This document shows positions 46,994-55,763 of a stretch of DNA of 64,000 bases, one piece after another; position 1 is the first letter of the stretch, and every line of letters begins with the position of its first letter. The stretch is from a virus, in IMG/VR virus record IMGVR_UViG_3300023179_000019. The stretch is one strand, 5' to 3'. The notes under the pieces were generated by a model. The model saw nothing but the letters and a program-made list of their open reading frames with translations. It did no database searches and was not told where the DNA came from. Both the position numbers and the translations under genes were made by a program.

Positions 46994-47557
46994 ATGAAAA
47001 CTTTAGTTGATATCATGGTCGAAAAAAATTTAAGAAACGACACACACTATGAATTTGGAACGGACAAAGAATTTAATCACAGATATTGCACCGCTTTTTA
47101 TGATAAAGAGTTTCCGAAATATCGTGACAAGAGAATTCGTTTATTGGAGATTGGAGTACACCGTGGCGGTGGTCTCGCAGTATTCCACGAATATTTTTCC
47201 GATGCTGACATCTATGGTGTAGATCCTTTTGAGTTTGGTGCTGCAAAGAATTGTTTGCCTTATCCTAGAGTTAGAGTATTTACTGCTGACGGATATAGTA
47301 AAGAATTTGCAGACACACTTCCAAAATTTGATATCATTATTGATGATGGTCCACATACAAAAGAGAGTCATCTAAAGTCATTACAAATTTACCTCAACAA
47401 ATTGAATGATGGTGGTGTTTTTATTATTGAAGATATTTCAGAAATGGAATGGACAGAAGAATATAAAGCTTTAGTTCCTCCTTGGATGACATATGAAATT
47501 ATTGATGCTCGAGAAATCTCTGGCATGTCGGATTCTATTATGTTCGTAGTAAGATAA
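46994..47557 (+). CDS. class I SAM-dependent (sugar O-)methyltransferase
   Basis: TDK, LLEIGV, FDIIIDDGPH and GGVFIIED motifs. Confidence 0.88.
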   Translation: MKTLVDIMVEKNLRNDTHYEFGTDKEFNHRYCTAFYDKEFPKYRDKRIRLLEIGVHRGGGLAVFHEYFSDADIYGVDPFEFGAAKNCLPYPRVRVFTADGYSKEFADTLPKFDIIIDDGPHTKESHLKSLQIYLNKLNDGGVFIIEDISEMEWTEEYKALVPPWMTYEIIDAREISGMSDSIMFVVR

Positions 47558-47558
47558 A

Positions 47559-48287
47559 ATGGCATCACTATCTTTTTTGCATTTAGCTTCTGCAAATAAA
47601 AAAATATCAACAGGACATATTGTATCAAACATAAGAAAATATCATCCTGATGCATACTACTTTTTAGGTTCTGATGCAGCTGATGATTTATCTGAAATTG
47701 CTGCAGCCAATAATTGTGACTATGTTTATTACACAAATAAAATAGGATATCCAAGTTACAAAATCGAAAAGGTTATTTCGTGGTTAGAGAGATTTCGTTA
47801 TGCTTGCGAAAAATCAAATACTACACATATTATGATGGTCGAAGATGATGTGTGGATCAAAAAGACAGTAACAGTACTCGATGAATGGGAAATGTCCTGT
47901 CATCACATCACACACGGTAATGAAATGCCGCCTCAGGTAATTGATTTGATCGAAAACTTTTCCGGTAAAAGACCTCTCACGAATTATTATGGTGGCGGTG
48001 GAGGTTCAATATATAAAGTAGACACGTTTCTAAACAACTATGAACGTGTATTGGATTGGTTTAAGACTCATCATAACGACATTCAAAGTTATTATGAACC
48101 GTTTGGTTTTATGGACTGCTATATGGTAGCATACTACATGCTGTGTGGAAAAGATTACAATGTTAATCCATATATGACAGATACACACCATCACAGAAAT
48201 AATGGTTTTGATTGGGATGAATTTGTTGAAACTAGAAAAGAAAATATTGAAATTGTAAATAACTATAAGAAATATTATTGGGTATGA
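47559..48287 (+). CDS. glycosyltransferase-like protein
   Basis: MVEDDV and YGGGGGS motifs; cluster context. Confidence 0.6.
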   Translation: MASLSFLHLASANKKISTGHIVSNIRKYHPDAYYFLGSDAADDLSEIAAANNCDYVYYTNKIGYPSYKIEKVISWLERFRYACEKSNTTHIMMVEDDVWIKKTVTVLDEWEMSCHHITHGNEMPPQVIDLIENFSGKRPLTNYYGGGGGSIYKVDTFLNNYERVLDWFKTHHNDIQSYYEPFGFMDCYMVAYYMLCGKDYNVNPYMTDTHHHRNNGFDWDEFVETRKENIEIVNNYKKYYWV

Positions 48288-49078
48288 ATAACATAAGTAT
48301 CGTTACGGCTTTCTTTGACATTGGTAGAGGTGATTGGACTCCAGACAAAGGATTACCACACTATCTACAAAGAAGCACAGACACCTATTTTGAAAGATTT
48401 GCACACTTAGCCAAATTAGAAAATCACATGGTAGTCTTTACCTCTGAAGAATTTGTTGACAAAATCAAAGAACTACGTGGCAGTAGGCCGACACAAATAC
48501 TTCCTTTAGATTTCAAAAATTCTTTTGATAAACTACGTGAAGAAATTTCTAGGGTACAAAAGTTACCGCAGTATCAATCAAAAATCAATCCAAGTCAGGT
48601 TAAAAATCCAGAGTATTGGAATGCCGATTACGTGCTTGTAAATTTATTAAAATCATCTTTTGTAACTAAGGCAATGGAGTTAGGTTACGTACCAACTGAA
48701 TTGGTTGCATGGATCGATTTTGGTTATTGCAGAAAACCTCTAAAAACTATAGAATGGTCTTACGACTTTAATCCAGAAAAGATACATTTCTTCAATATCA
48801 AAGATTGGGTTGAGGGTACATACATTCAAGATGTGATTGCAAATAATGATGTTCACATTACAGGACCTTGTATTGTAGGAGGTAAAAAGTGTTGGCCAAT
48901 ATTAGAACATCTTGTACACCACTCTGTAAATGAATTATTGAAAAATGATTTAATTGATGATGATCAAACACTACTTTTAATGTCGTATCTATATAAACCA
49001 CAGATGTTTGATTTACATAAAGTTTCGCCTGATAATTGGTTTGTTGCATTTGAGGATTATAATGAAAGTATATCTTAG
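48284..49078 (+). CDS. HtrL/WlaTC (YibB) family glycosyltransferase-like protein
   Basis: IVTAFFDIGR, PEYW, AWIDFG and DDDQ motifs. Confidence 0.8.
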   Translation: MNNISIVTAFFDIGRGDWTPDKGLPHYLQRSTDTYFERFAHLAKLENHMVVFTSEEFVDKIKELRGSRPTQILPLDFKNSFDKLREEISRVQKLPQYQSKINPSQVKNPEYWNADYVLVNLLKSSFVTKAMELGYVPTELVAWIDFGYCRKPLKTIEWSYDFNPEKIHFFNIKDWVEGTYIQDVIANNDVHITGPCIVGGKKCWPILEHLVHHSVNELLKNDLIDDDQTLLLMSYLYKPQMFDLHKVSPDNWFVAFEDYNESIS

Positions 49079-49802
49079 TTCTACCGCTAATCTTGGTGAC
49101 TTCATCAATGGCATGCCTGTACTTTCGGGTTTACACAAATCTTATGGAAAATTTGAACTTGTCATTAAAGGTGAAATGAAAAAATTTAATGGTATAAAAG
49201 AATTTCTTATGTACCAAGATTTGTTTACTGAAGTTAATTTTGATTCTGATATATGGATGTATGGTTCAATCATCAACCTTAGTTCTTGGACCAGAGAAGA
49301 TAAAAGACATCCTGATAGACCAATCGAGACATGCCGGTATGAGAATTGGTTGAAAGAACAATATGGAATGAAATTTGATGTTGATGATGGTTTTATTGTA
49401 AAAACTCCAGAGTTTGACATTGAAATAAAAGATGATTATTACGTTGGTGATCGTTGGAATGTAGGCAACATCGATGATCGTAGAGAAACACACATTCTAT
49501 CACATCTTGACAAATACGAATTTATTGATTACAATAAAACGATGTTGGAGAACGCATACATCATTAAGAATCTAAAGAAACCTTTCATCACAAACTTTAC
49601 TGGTGTTGGTATGCTTGCTGATATGTGTAATGTTCCTTTGTATTGTGTTTGGAAGGCAGAGGATTGGAAACCTGAATTCCGTAGAGGTGAGGATGTGTCT
49701 TGGGATGATGGTAAAAATATCAACAAAGTCTTTGAGAAACATTTCTATTTAAATCGTCAAGCAAAACTGGTTCATGCCAAAGACTTAGAAAAATTATTAT
49801 GA
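49062..49802 (+). CDS. hypothetical protein (GT-B/GT9-like N-terminus)
   Basis: NLGDFI..MP motif; cluster context. Confidence 0.55.
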   Translation: MKVYLSSTANLGDFINGMPVLSGLHKSYGKFELVIKGEMKKFNGIKEFLMYQDLFTEVNFDSDIWMYGSIINLSSWTREDKRHPDRPIETCRYENWLKEQYGMKFDVDDGFIVKTPEFDIEIKDDYYVGDRWNVGNIDDRRETHILSHLDKYEFIDYNKTMLENAYIIKNLKKPFITNFTGVGMLADMCNVPLYCVWKAEDWKPEFRRGEDVSWDDGKNINKVFEKHFYLNRQAKLVHAKDLEKLL

Positions 49803-50488
49803 TTATTAATATTCAGCCAGATACATTTGGTACAATTAGAAATGGTGATATGATTGCTGCAGCGAATGCTGTTGCTTATCTAAGAAAACAACGACAAAAA
49901 GATATCAAATTTTATTTTGAACCAGGATCAATCAGCCCAGCAAAACATTGCCAAGAATTTCACTCTTGGTTGATTGAACACACCGACTATTTTTCTGCAA
50001 ACCAAGGCACCGATAGATTGCTATGGAAAAAAGTTAATCTTTGGGATTTCAGAGATATATCTGGTGATCTGGTGAAAATACCAAATCCACATGCAAGAGA
50101 AAAAAAGATTGTTATATGTCCAATTTTTGATGCACCATACAACAAATATCGCAATTGGCCAACAGATTTATTTTTAGAAATAATTAAAAAGTATGATAAA
50201 TTTGATGGCCAAAAAATTATAGTGAGTGAAAAGAATTTCAATATTGAAGGATGGACCGACAGTACAAATCTCATAGAGAGTCTGAAACATATTATGACTG
50301 CTGAACTATATGTCGGTGGTGATACAGGACTTTCACATTTTGTTGGTGCTTTAGAAGGCGGTCCTGTTCCGATCTATTATATGTCTAGCCGAGGACTCCT
50401 ACATACTACTCCATTTTATTGGATGACAGAAAAAAAAGGTATAATGAAAACATATTGGTTAGATTTTGAAGGAACAAGATGGCAATGA
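49799..50488 (+). CDS. GT9-like glycosyltransferase
   Basis: NGD, RNWP and YVGGDTGLSHF motifs. Confidence 0.7.
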   Translation: MIINIQPDTFGTIRNGDMIAAANAVAYLRKQRQKDIKFYFEPGSISPAKHCQEFHSWLIEHTDYFSANQGTDRLLWKKVNLWDFRDISGDLVKIPNPHAREKKIVICPIFDAPYNKYRNWPTDLFLEIIKKYDKFDGQKIIVSEKNFNIEGWTDSTNLIESLKHIMTAELYVGGDTGLSHFVGALEGGPVPIYYMSSRGLLHTTPFYWMTEKKGIMKTYWLDFEGTRWQ

Positions 50489-51492
50489 AAAAAGTATTCA
50501 TAACAGGAGTTGCAGGATTTTTAGGTAGTCATTTAGCTGATGCTTTTTTAGCTAAGGGATATAGTGTTGCTGGTATTGATAATTTATTGGGGGGTTACCG
50601 TGATAATGTGCCTGATAGCGTTGAATTTTATGATTGCGATCTATTGCATTTCGACAAACTAAAAGAAATGATGAAAGGTTGTGATGTTGTATATCACACA
50701 GCCTGTACCGCCTATGAAGGCCTATCTGTATTCTCACCTTCACTTATTGTTCAGAATACAACTCAAATTGCTGTTAATGCTATGACAGCGGCCATCCAAG
50801 CGGGCGTACCAAAGTTTGTACATTGCTCATCGATGGCAAGATATGGTACACAAGAAATTGTTCCGTTTACAGAAGATATGACTCCGAAACCGCAAGACCC
50901 TTATGGTATTGCCAAGTGGGGTACAGAACTTCTTTTAAAGAATCTGGCAGAAATTCACGGTGTTGAATTAGTAATTGCAGTACCACATAACATCATCGGT
51001 CCCCGTCAAAAGTATGATGACCCGTTCCGAAATGTTGCTAGTATTATGGTCAACCTGATGTTACAAGGCAGACAACCAATCATTTATGCTGACGGATCAC
51101 AGACTAGGTGCTTCTCCGATATATCAGATGACGTAGATTGTCTTGTTGAATTTGCAGAGAATCCTAAGGCGGTTGGAGAGATTTTTAACATCGGTCCTGA
51201 TGAGAATCCAGTAACTATTTTGGAACTTGCACAAGTAATTTCTGGTTTACTGAACTTCAAGTTGGATCCAGTATTCATGCCAGGACGACCACAAGAAGTC
51301 AAACATGCTAATTGTTCTGCCAATAAAATCAGAGAATTTTTTGGTTACGAAACAAAAACCACTTTGGAACAGTCATTACAAAAGCAAATTGACTACATCC
51401 AAACACGGGGTACCAAACCTTTTCAGTACCACTTAGACATAGAAATCGTTTCCGATAAGACACCGAAAACTTGGACACAGAGATTGTTCTAA
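50479..51492 (+). CDS. NAD-dependent nucleotide-sugar epimerase/dehydratase
   Basis: TGVAGFLGS, SSMARYG and PYGIAK motifs. Confidence 0.92.
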   Translation: MAMKKVFITGVAGFLGSHLADAFLAKGYSVAGIDNLLGGYRDNVPDSVEFYDCDLLHFDKLKEMMKGCDVVYHTACTAYEGLSVFSPSLIVQNTTQIAVNAMTAAIQAGVPKFVHCSSMARYGTQEIVPFTEDMTPKPQDPYGIAKWGTELLLKNLAEIHGVELVIAVPHNIIGPRQKYDDPFRNVASIMVNLMLQGRQPIIYADGSQTRCFSDISDDVDCLVEFAENPKAVGEIFNIGPDENPVTILELAQVISGLLNFKLDPVFMPGRPQEVKHANCSANKIREFFGYETKTTLEQSLQKQIDYIQTRGTKPFQYHLDIEIVSDKTPKTWTQRLF

Positions 51493-51564
51493 AAACCCAA
51501 CAATCGTGAGACTATGTATCTAACCCAATTTTTACACTTTTTGGGTGTGAAAATATGGATGTTG

Positions 51565-51572
51565 TATAAATA
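51565..51572 (+). promoter_or_regulatory. T4-type late promoter TATAAATA
   Basis: Exact consensus in the intergenic gap before 51631. Confidence 0.8.
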
Positions 51573-51630
51573 GTATGTCCATATAACATTTTGGTAACCA
51601 TAGTGTGATACCAATTCAGTAAGGAAACCC

Positions 51631-52821
51631 ATGCTAACATTCAAACTCTATTTAACGGAAGAAGCCGAAGAAGCTTCCCAACTTAAACACATTCATCATG
51701 CAGAAGATAGACCTTTGATGCATGGCCATGCTGGTTTTGAACACGCATACGGTGCTTTACAAAAAGCTCACGAACACATTAAGGCTGGTCAAAAAAGTTC
51801 CAACCTGACGATGAAATATGATGGTTCTCCATCAATCGTTTTTGGTCATCATCCAAAAACCGGTAAATTCTTTGTTGCAACCAAATCAGCGTTCAATAAA
51901 AACCCAAAAATTAATTATACAGAAAAAGATGTTGAAAAGAATCACGGACATGCTCCTGGTCTTGCCAAAACTCTTAAACATGCTCTCAAACACTTACCAA
52001 AAGTGTCACCCAAATCTGGTGTTTATCAGGGTGATTTGATGCATCACGCAGAAACAAAAACGCTTCACGAAGAATATATTGCGGAAGCAAAAGGTGATGT
52101 TTCGTTTACACCAAATACAATCACCTATACTGCTAAAGGTGAAAATGCAAAAAAAATTAAAAGATCAAAAGTTGGTGTTGTCGTACATCACAAGTATGAT
52201 GATGAATTAAAACATGCTTCACCTCATGTTGACCACCAAAATTTCAAAGAACATCCAGATGTTCATATTCATGGTGCAGAACACGACACAAGTAAAGTTA
52301 AACACTCTAAAGAAAATGAATCTGGTTTTAATAAACACATGGCTGCAGCCAAAGAGATTCATGACACTCATGGACATAAGATGTATGATGCCGTTCACCC
52401 AAAACACTCCGGTGAACATGGACACTTATCTACCTATATCAACAAGACTGTAAGAACCGATGAAGTTCCTTCTGTTAAAGGATTCAAAGAACATCTGAAA
52501 TCTGAACACGATAAACAAGCTGCAAAAGTTAAAACTGAAAAATCTAAAGCTGAAAAAACAAAAGAAGGTGAATCACAGATTGCTCATGTTGAAAAACACA
52601 AAGCGCAGTATGGTAATTTGTTGAGTATGCATCACCATCTACACCAAGCAAAGAATCATTTGGTTAAATCATTAGAAACACATGAAGGTGATTATGAGCA
52701 CCACATCGAAGGTAAGAAATCCAAACCAGAAGGTTTTGTTGTACACCACGATAATGAACCAACTAAACTAGTTAATCGTGCAGAATTTGCCAAACAAAAT
52801 CTGTTAAAGGTTAGGAAATGA
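51631..52821 (+). CDS. His-rich ATP-dependent ligase-like nucleotidyltransferase (DUF6267-like)
   Basis: KYDG (I), FFVATKS, YQGDL (III), EGFVV (IV) and TKLV (V); capsid-targeting-like N-terminus. Confidence 0.65.
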   Translation: MLTFKLYLTEEAEEASQLKHIHHAEDRPLMHGHAGFEHAYGALQKAHEHIKAGQKSSNLTMKYDGSPSIVFGHHPKTGKFFVATKSAFNKNPKINYTEKDVEKNHGHAPGLAKTLKHALKHLPKVSPKSGVYQGDLMHHAETKTLHEEYIAEAKGDVSFTPNTITYTAKGENAKKIKRSKVGVVVHHKYDDELKHASPHVDHQNFKEHPDVHIHGAEHDTSKVKHSKENESGFNKHMAAAKEIHDTHGHKMYDAVHPKHSGEHGHLSTYINKTVRTDEVPSVKGFKEHLKSEHDKQAAKVKTEKSKAEKTKEGESQIAHVEKHKAQYGNLLSMHHHLHQAKNHLVKSLETHEGDYEHHIEGKKSKPEGFVVHHDNEPTKLVNRAEFAKQNLLKVRK

Positions 52822-54647
52822 AATCTTTTTTAGATTTAATTAAAGAACAAGAAGAACATGAGAAGCATCATGTGATAACCTTTGGTCGCATGAATCCGCC
52901 TACGACCGGTCATTTAAAATTAATTAATAAAGTTAAAGAGATTGCCAAAAAACACAAGGCATCATATGAAATTATCGTTTCTCACTCACAAGATAGTAAG
53001 AAAAATCCATTAAGTTCTGAACAAAAAATCAAGCATCTAACTAGATACATGGCTTCACCTAATAAAATAGAAGAAGCTGTTTCTATCAAATCGTCAGTAC
53101 ATAAAATTGCATCTAAACCAAAAATTACTGCTGCATCAAAAGAAAAACCAACTATATTGCATCATGCCGTATCCGCATATAAGAACGGGGTAACTCATCT
53201 TCATGTTGTAGTTGGATCGGACCGTGTTAAAGAAATGCACGATCTATTACATAAGTATAATGGCGTTAAAGCTGGCCATGGAGAATACCACTTTAAAAGT
53301 ATAAAAATTCATTCAGCAGGTCATCGTGATCCTGATGCTGAAGGTACCGAGGGTATGTCCGGAAGTAAGATGCGTGAACATGCCAAAAATAAAGACTTTA
53401 AAGAATTTAGAAAAGGCGTTCCTTCGCATGTGTCGGATGAACATGCCAAAGAATTAATGCATGATACACGCAAAGGTATGGGTTTACATGAGAGTCATTA
53501 TCATGGAATGTTCAAAGCTGTTTTTGTAACTGGTGGTCCTGGTTCTGGAAAAGATGTTGTTATTCGTGAATCTATTCCACTATCAAACGCAGTTGAAATA
53601 AATTCAGTACAGGCTTTTGAATATCTTGCAGACAAACATGCTTTGTCACAAAGAACCTCTGATTTCCGTAGAGAATCGATTCGTAACCGTGGTCCATTAA
53701 TTATCAACGGACCAGCAGATGATATCGAAAGAATTTCTCACATTAAAGAAGAACTGGAAGATTTAGGTTACGATACACTTATGGTGTTTGTTAACACAAC
53801 GGATGAAGCCAGTAAAGAAAGAAATTCTAGACTAAAAAGAATGATGAGTGAGTCGATTAGACATGATAAATGGATAAAATCTCAAGAAAACAAAAACTTC
53901 TTCTTAGAGAAATTCTCATTCTTCAAAGAAATCCATAATAACCAATCAATACAAAAGATTGAAGAAGATATTACAGACACATATCAATTTATAAATAGGT
54001 TCATAAATGATCAATTCTATAGTGATATAGCTACAGATTGGTTTACAAGACGCAATAAATCAAATATATTTGAGGATAAAAATGTTAAAAGCTATAGTCA
54101 ATTTTCTAAAATTAAAACCTCGGGTAACCGAGCAGAAGGACCTAGTGATATCCCAGCCGACAATCGTGCCGGAGCCACAGACACCGGTGACGACATCCGT
54201 GGAAACACCTTCCCAAGAAAAAACACAAACAAAACCTACACGTTCAAAACCTACAGCGAAGAAAACAATCCCAAGCTCACCATCAACCCGAGCCCCAAGG
54301 AAACAAACTTCTCCAAGGACAAAGAAAAAAGTAGATTAAAGAATAAAAGATTCTCTGATTCTCCTACACAAAATCAGAGAATGAGAAATGTAACAGGTAT
54401 AGGTCCAGAATTTGATACTCGCCAACAGGGAACAGTATATCCCATGTCCGGTCTAGGCGATGTGACTTACCGAGAGCAAAAAGAAATTATTAGTTTTAGG
54501 AAATTTAGAGAAGCGATTGATGATCCAGGAGCTGTTGACATGGGAGTTGGTGGAACACTTAATGGATCAACAAATAAAGAACCTATGCAAACTTATAAAG
54601 ACTCGGATAGAAATATTAACATTCAAATCAAAAAGAAAAAGAAATAA
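52818..54647 (+). CDS. cytidylyltransferase-like nucleotidyltransferase fused to a P-loop kinase and a disordered tail
   Basis: FGRMNPPTTGH, VVGSDR and MSGSKMR; then VTGGPGSGKD and RN..R. Confidence 0.75.
   Translation: MKSFLDLIKEQEEHEKHHVITFGRMNPPTTGHLKLINKVKEIAKKHKASYEIIVSHSQDSKKNPLSSEQKIKHLTRYMASPNKIEEAVSIKSSVHKIASKPKITAASKEKPTILHHAVSAYKNGVTHLHVVVGSDRVKEMHDLLHKYNGVKAGHGEYHFKSIKIHSAGHRDPDAEGTEGMSGSKMREHAKNKDFKEFRKGVPSHVSDEHAKELMHDTRKGMGLHESHYHGMFKAVFVTGGPGSGKDVVIRESIPLSNAVEINSVQAFEYLADKHALSQRTSDFRRESIRNRGPLIINGPADDIERISHIKEELEDLGYDTLMVFVNTTDEASKERNSRLKRMMSESIRHDKWIKSQENKNFFLEKFSFFKEIHNNQSIQKIEEDITDTYQFINRFINDQFYSDIATDWFTRRNKSNIFEDKNVKSYSQFSKIKTSGNRAEGPSDIPADNRAGATDTGDDIRGNTFPRKNTNKTYTFKTYSEENNPKLTINPSPKETNFSKDKEKSRLKNKRFSDSPTQNQRMRNVTGIGPEFDTRQQGTVYPMSGLGDVTYREQKEIISFRKFREAIDDPGAVDMGVGGTLNGSTNKEPMQTYKDSDRNINIQIKKKKK
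53990..53997 (+). promoter_or_regulatory. internal late promoter TATAAATA
   Basis: Exact consensus about 85 nt upstream of ATG 54082. Confidence 0.5.
54082..54339 (+). CDS. overprinted small basic Pro/Thr/Lys-rich protein
   Basis: SD GAGG plus ATG; 85 codons in an alternative frame wholly within 52818-54647. Confidence 0.5.
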   Translation: MLKAIVNFLKLKPRVTEQKDLVISQPTIVPEPQTPVTTSVETPSQEKTQTKPTRSKPTAKKTIPSSPSTRAPRKQTSPRTKKKVD

Positions 54648-54659
54648 CAGGAGAAAATT

Positions 54660-55763
54660 ATGTTTGTCAAAAACACCAAAATCGAATCTATAGCTGACGC
54701 AGTTAAACAAGTTGTTGAAGCTTCACCTGTAAAAATTCCCACTTCAACAGGAACGAGAGTTCTTGGTACAAGTTATGGAAATTCTGCAAAGACCCATCGT
54801 GATCAAATATCTGATCCGTTTGCTGCTGTTAAAGGTCCAGGCAAAAAAGATTTGGAAAATATTGAGAAACCAAAGAAAAAACAAGAGAGTTTTTCTGCCT
54901 TCACAAACAAATTGCTCAATAGTTTAGAAGAAGATAAACAAATTCAGAAACAGATTGATGAAGTTCTTAAAAAAGATGCATCAGCTGGTGAATGGATTCA
55001 TGATTTTGTACATTCAGACAATCCTAAATTTGCAGGTAAATCTAAAGCCGAGCGCAAGAAAATGGCTCTTGGTGCCTACTATGCAAAACAAAATGAAGAA
55101 GTTGAGCAGATCGATGAGGTTGGTAATACACCAGCCGGTCAGGCAGCACTTAGAGCAGTGTCAGCCAGAGGCGACAAAGGAATGTCTGATTGGAATAAAA
55201 AACCAGAAAGTGGTTATAGTTCTGCACCTAAAAAAACCATACGACAATTTGCTGGTGCAATGAATGCTGACCGTAGACTTAAAGGTCAAGGAATCACCAA
55301 AGGCAAAGAAGGTCAAGCTCAACGACAGATTGATTATGCAAAGAAAATGCGTGGAGAAGAAGTTGAGCAATTTGACGAAGCTTTGATTGGTAACCAGAAA
55401 AAAATTGATAAGAATCACAATGGTAAAATTGATGCACAAGATTTTAAGATTCTTCGTGGCAAAAAAGTTGATGAAGTTTTAAACCCTTCAAATAAAACTA
55501 TCGACACATTAGCAGGTCGTAGTAAAAAAGTTCCTGCTGAAGCCAAGTTGGATAATAGCCACACTTCAGCAAAAACTCAATTAAAATCTGAAGCAAAAAC
55601 TCCAGAACATGATGATGTGCCTTTTGATCCTCCATACAGAAGATCATCCGATGTTGACACAGTAACAGACAAGTCTGGTGCAAAGCATACACCAATGTCC
55701 CGTGCTAAACACTTGGCTCAAACAGCATTACAACGTGTAAAGAGTGACCTAAAGGCAAAATAA
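54660..55763 (+). CDS. modular putative internal head protein
   Basis: Short modules separated by EEVEQ(I/F)DE-type linkers; EF-hand-like DKNHNGKIDAQD. Confidence 0.65.
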   Translation: MFVKNTKIESIADAVKQVVEASPVKIPTSTGTRVLGTSYGNSAKTHRDQISDPFAAVKGPGKKDLENIEKPKKKQESFSAFTNKLLNSLEEDKQIQKQIDEVLKKDASAGEWIHDFVHSDNPKFAGKSKAERKKMALGAYYAKQNEEVEQIDEVGNTPAGQAALRAVSARGDKGMSDWNKKPESGYSSAPKKTIRQFAGAMNADRRLKGQGITKGKEGQAQRQIDYAKKMRGEEVEQFDEALIGNQKKIDKNHNGKIDAQDFKILRGKKVDEVLNPSNKTIDTLAGRSKKVPAEAKLDNSHTSAKTQLKSEAKTPEHDDVPFDPPYRRSSDVDTVTDKSGAKHTPMSRAKHLAQTALQRVKSDLKAK

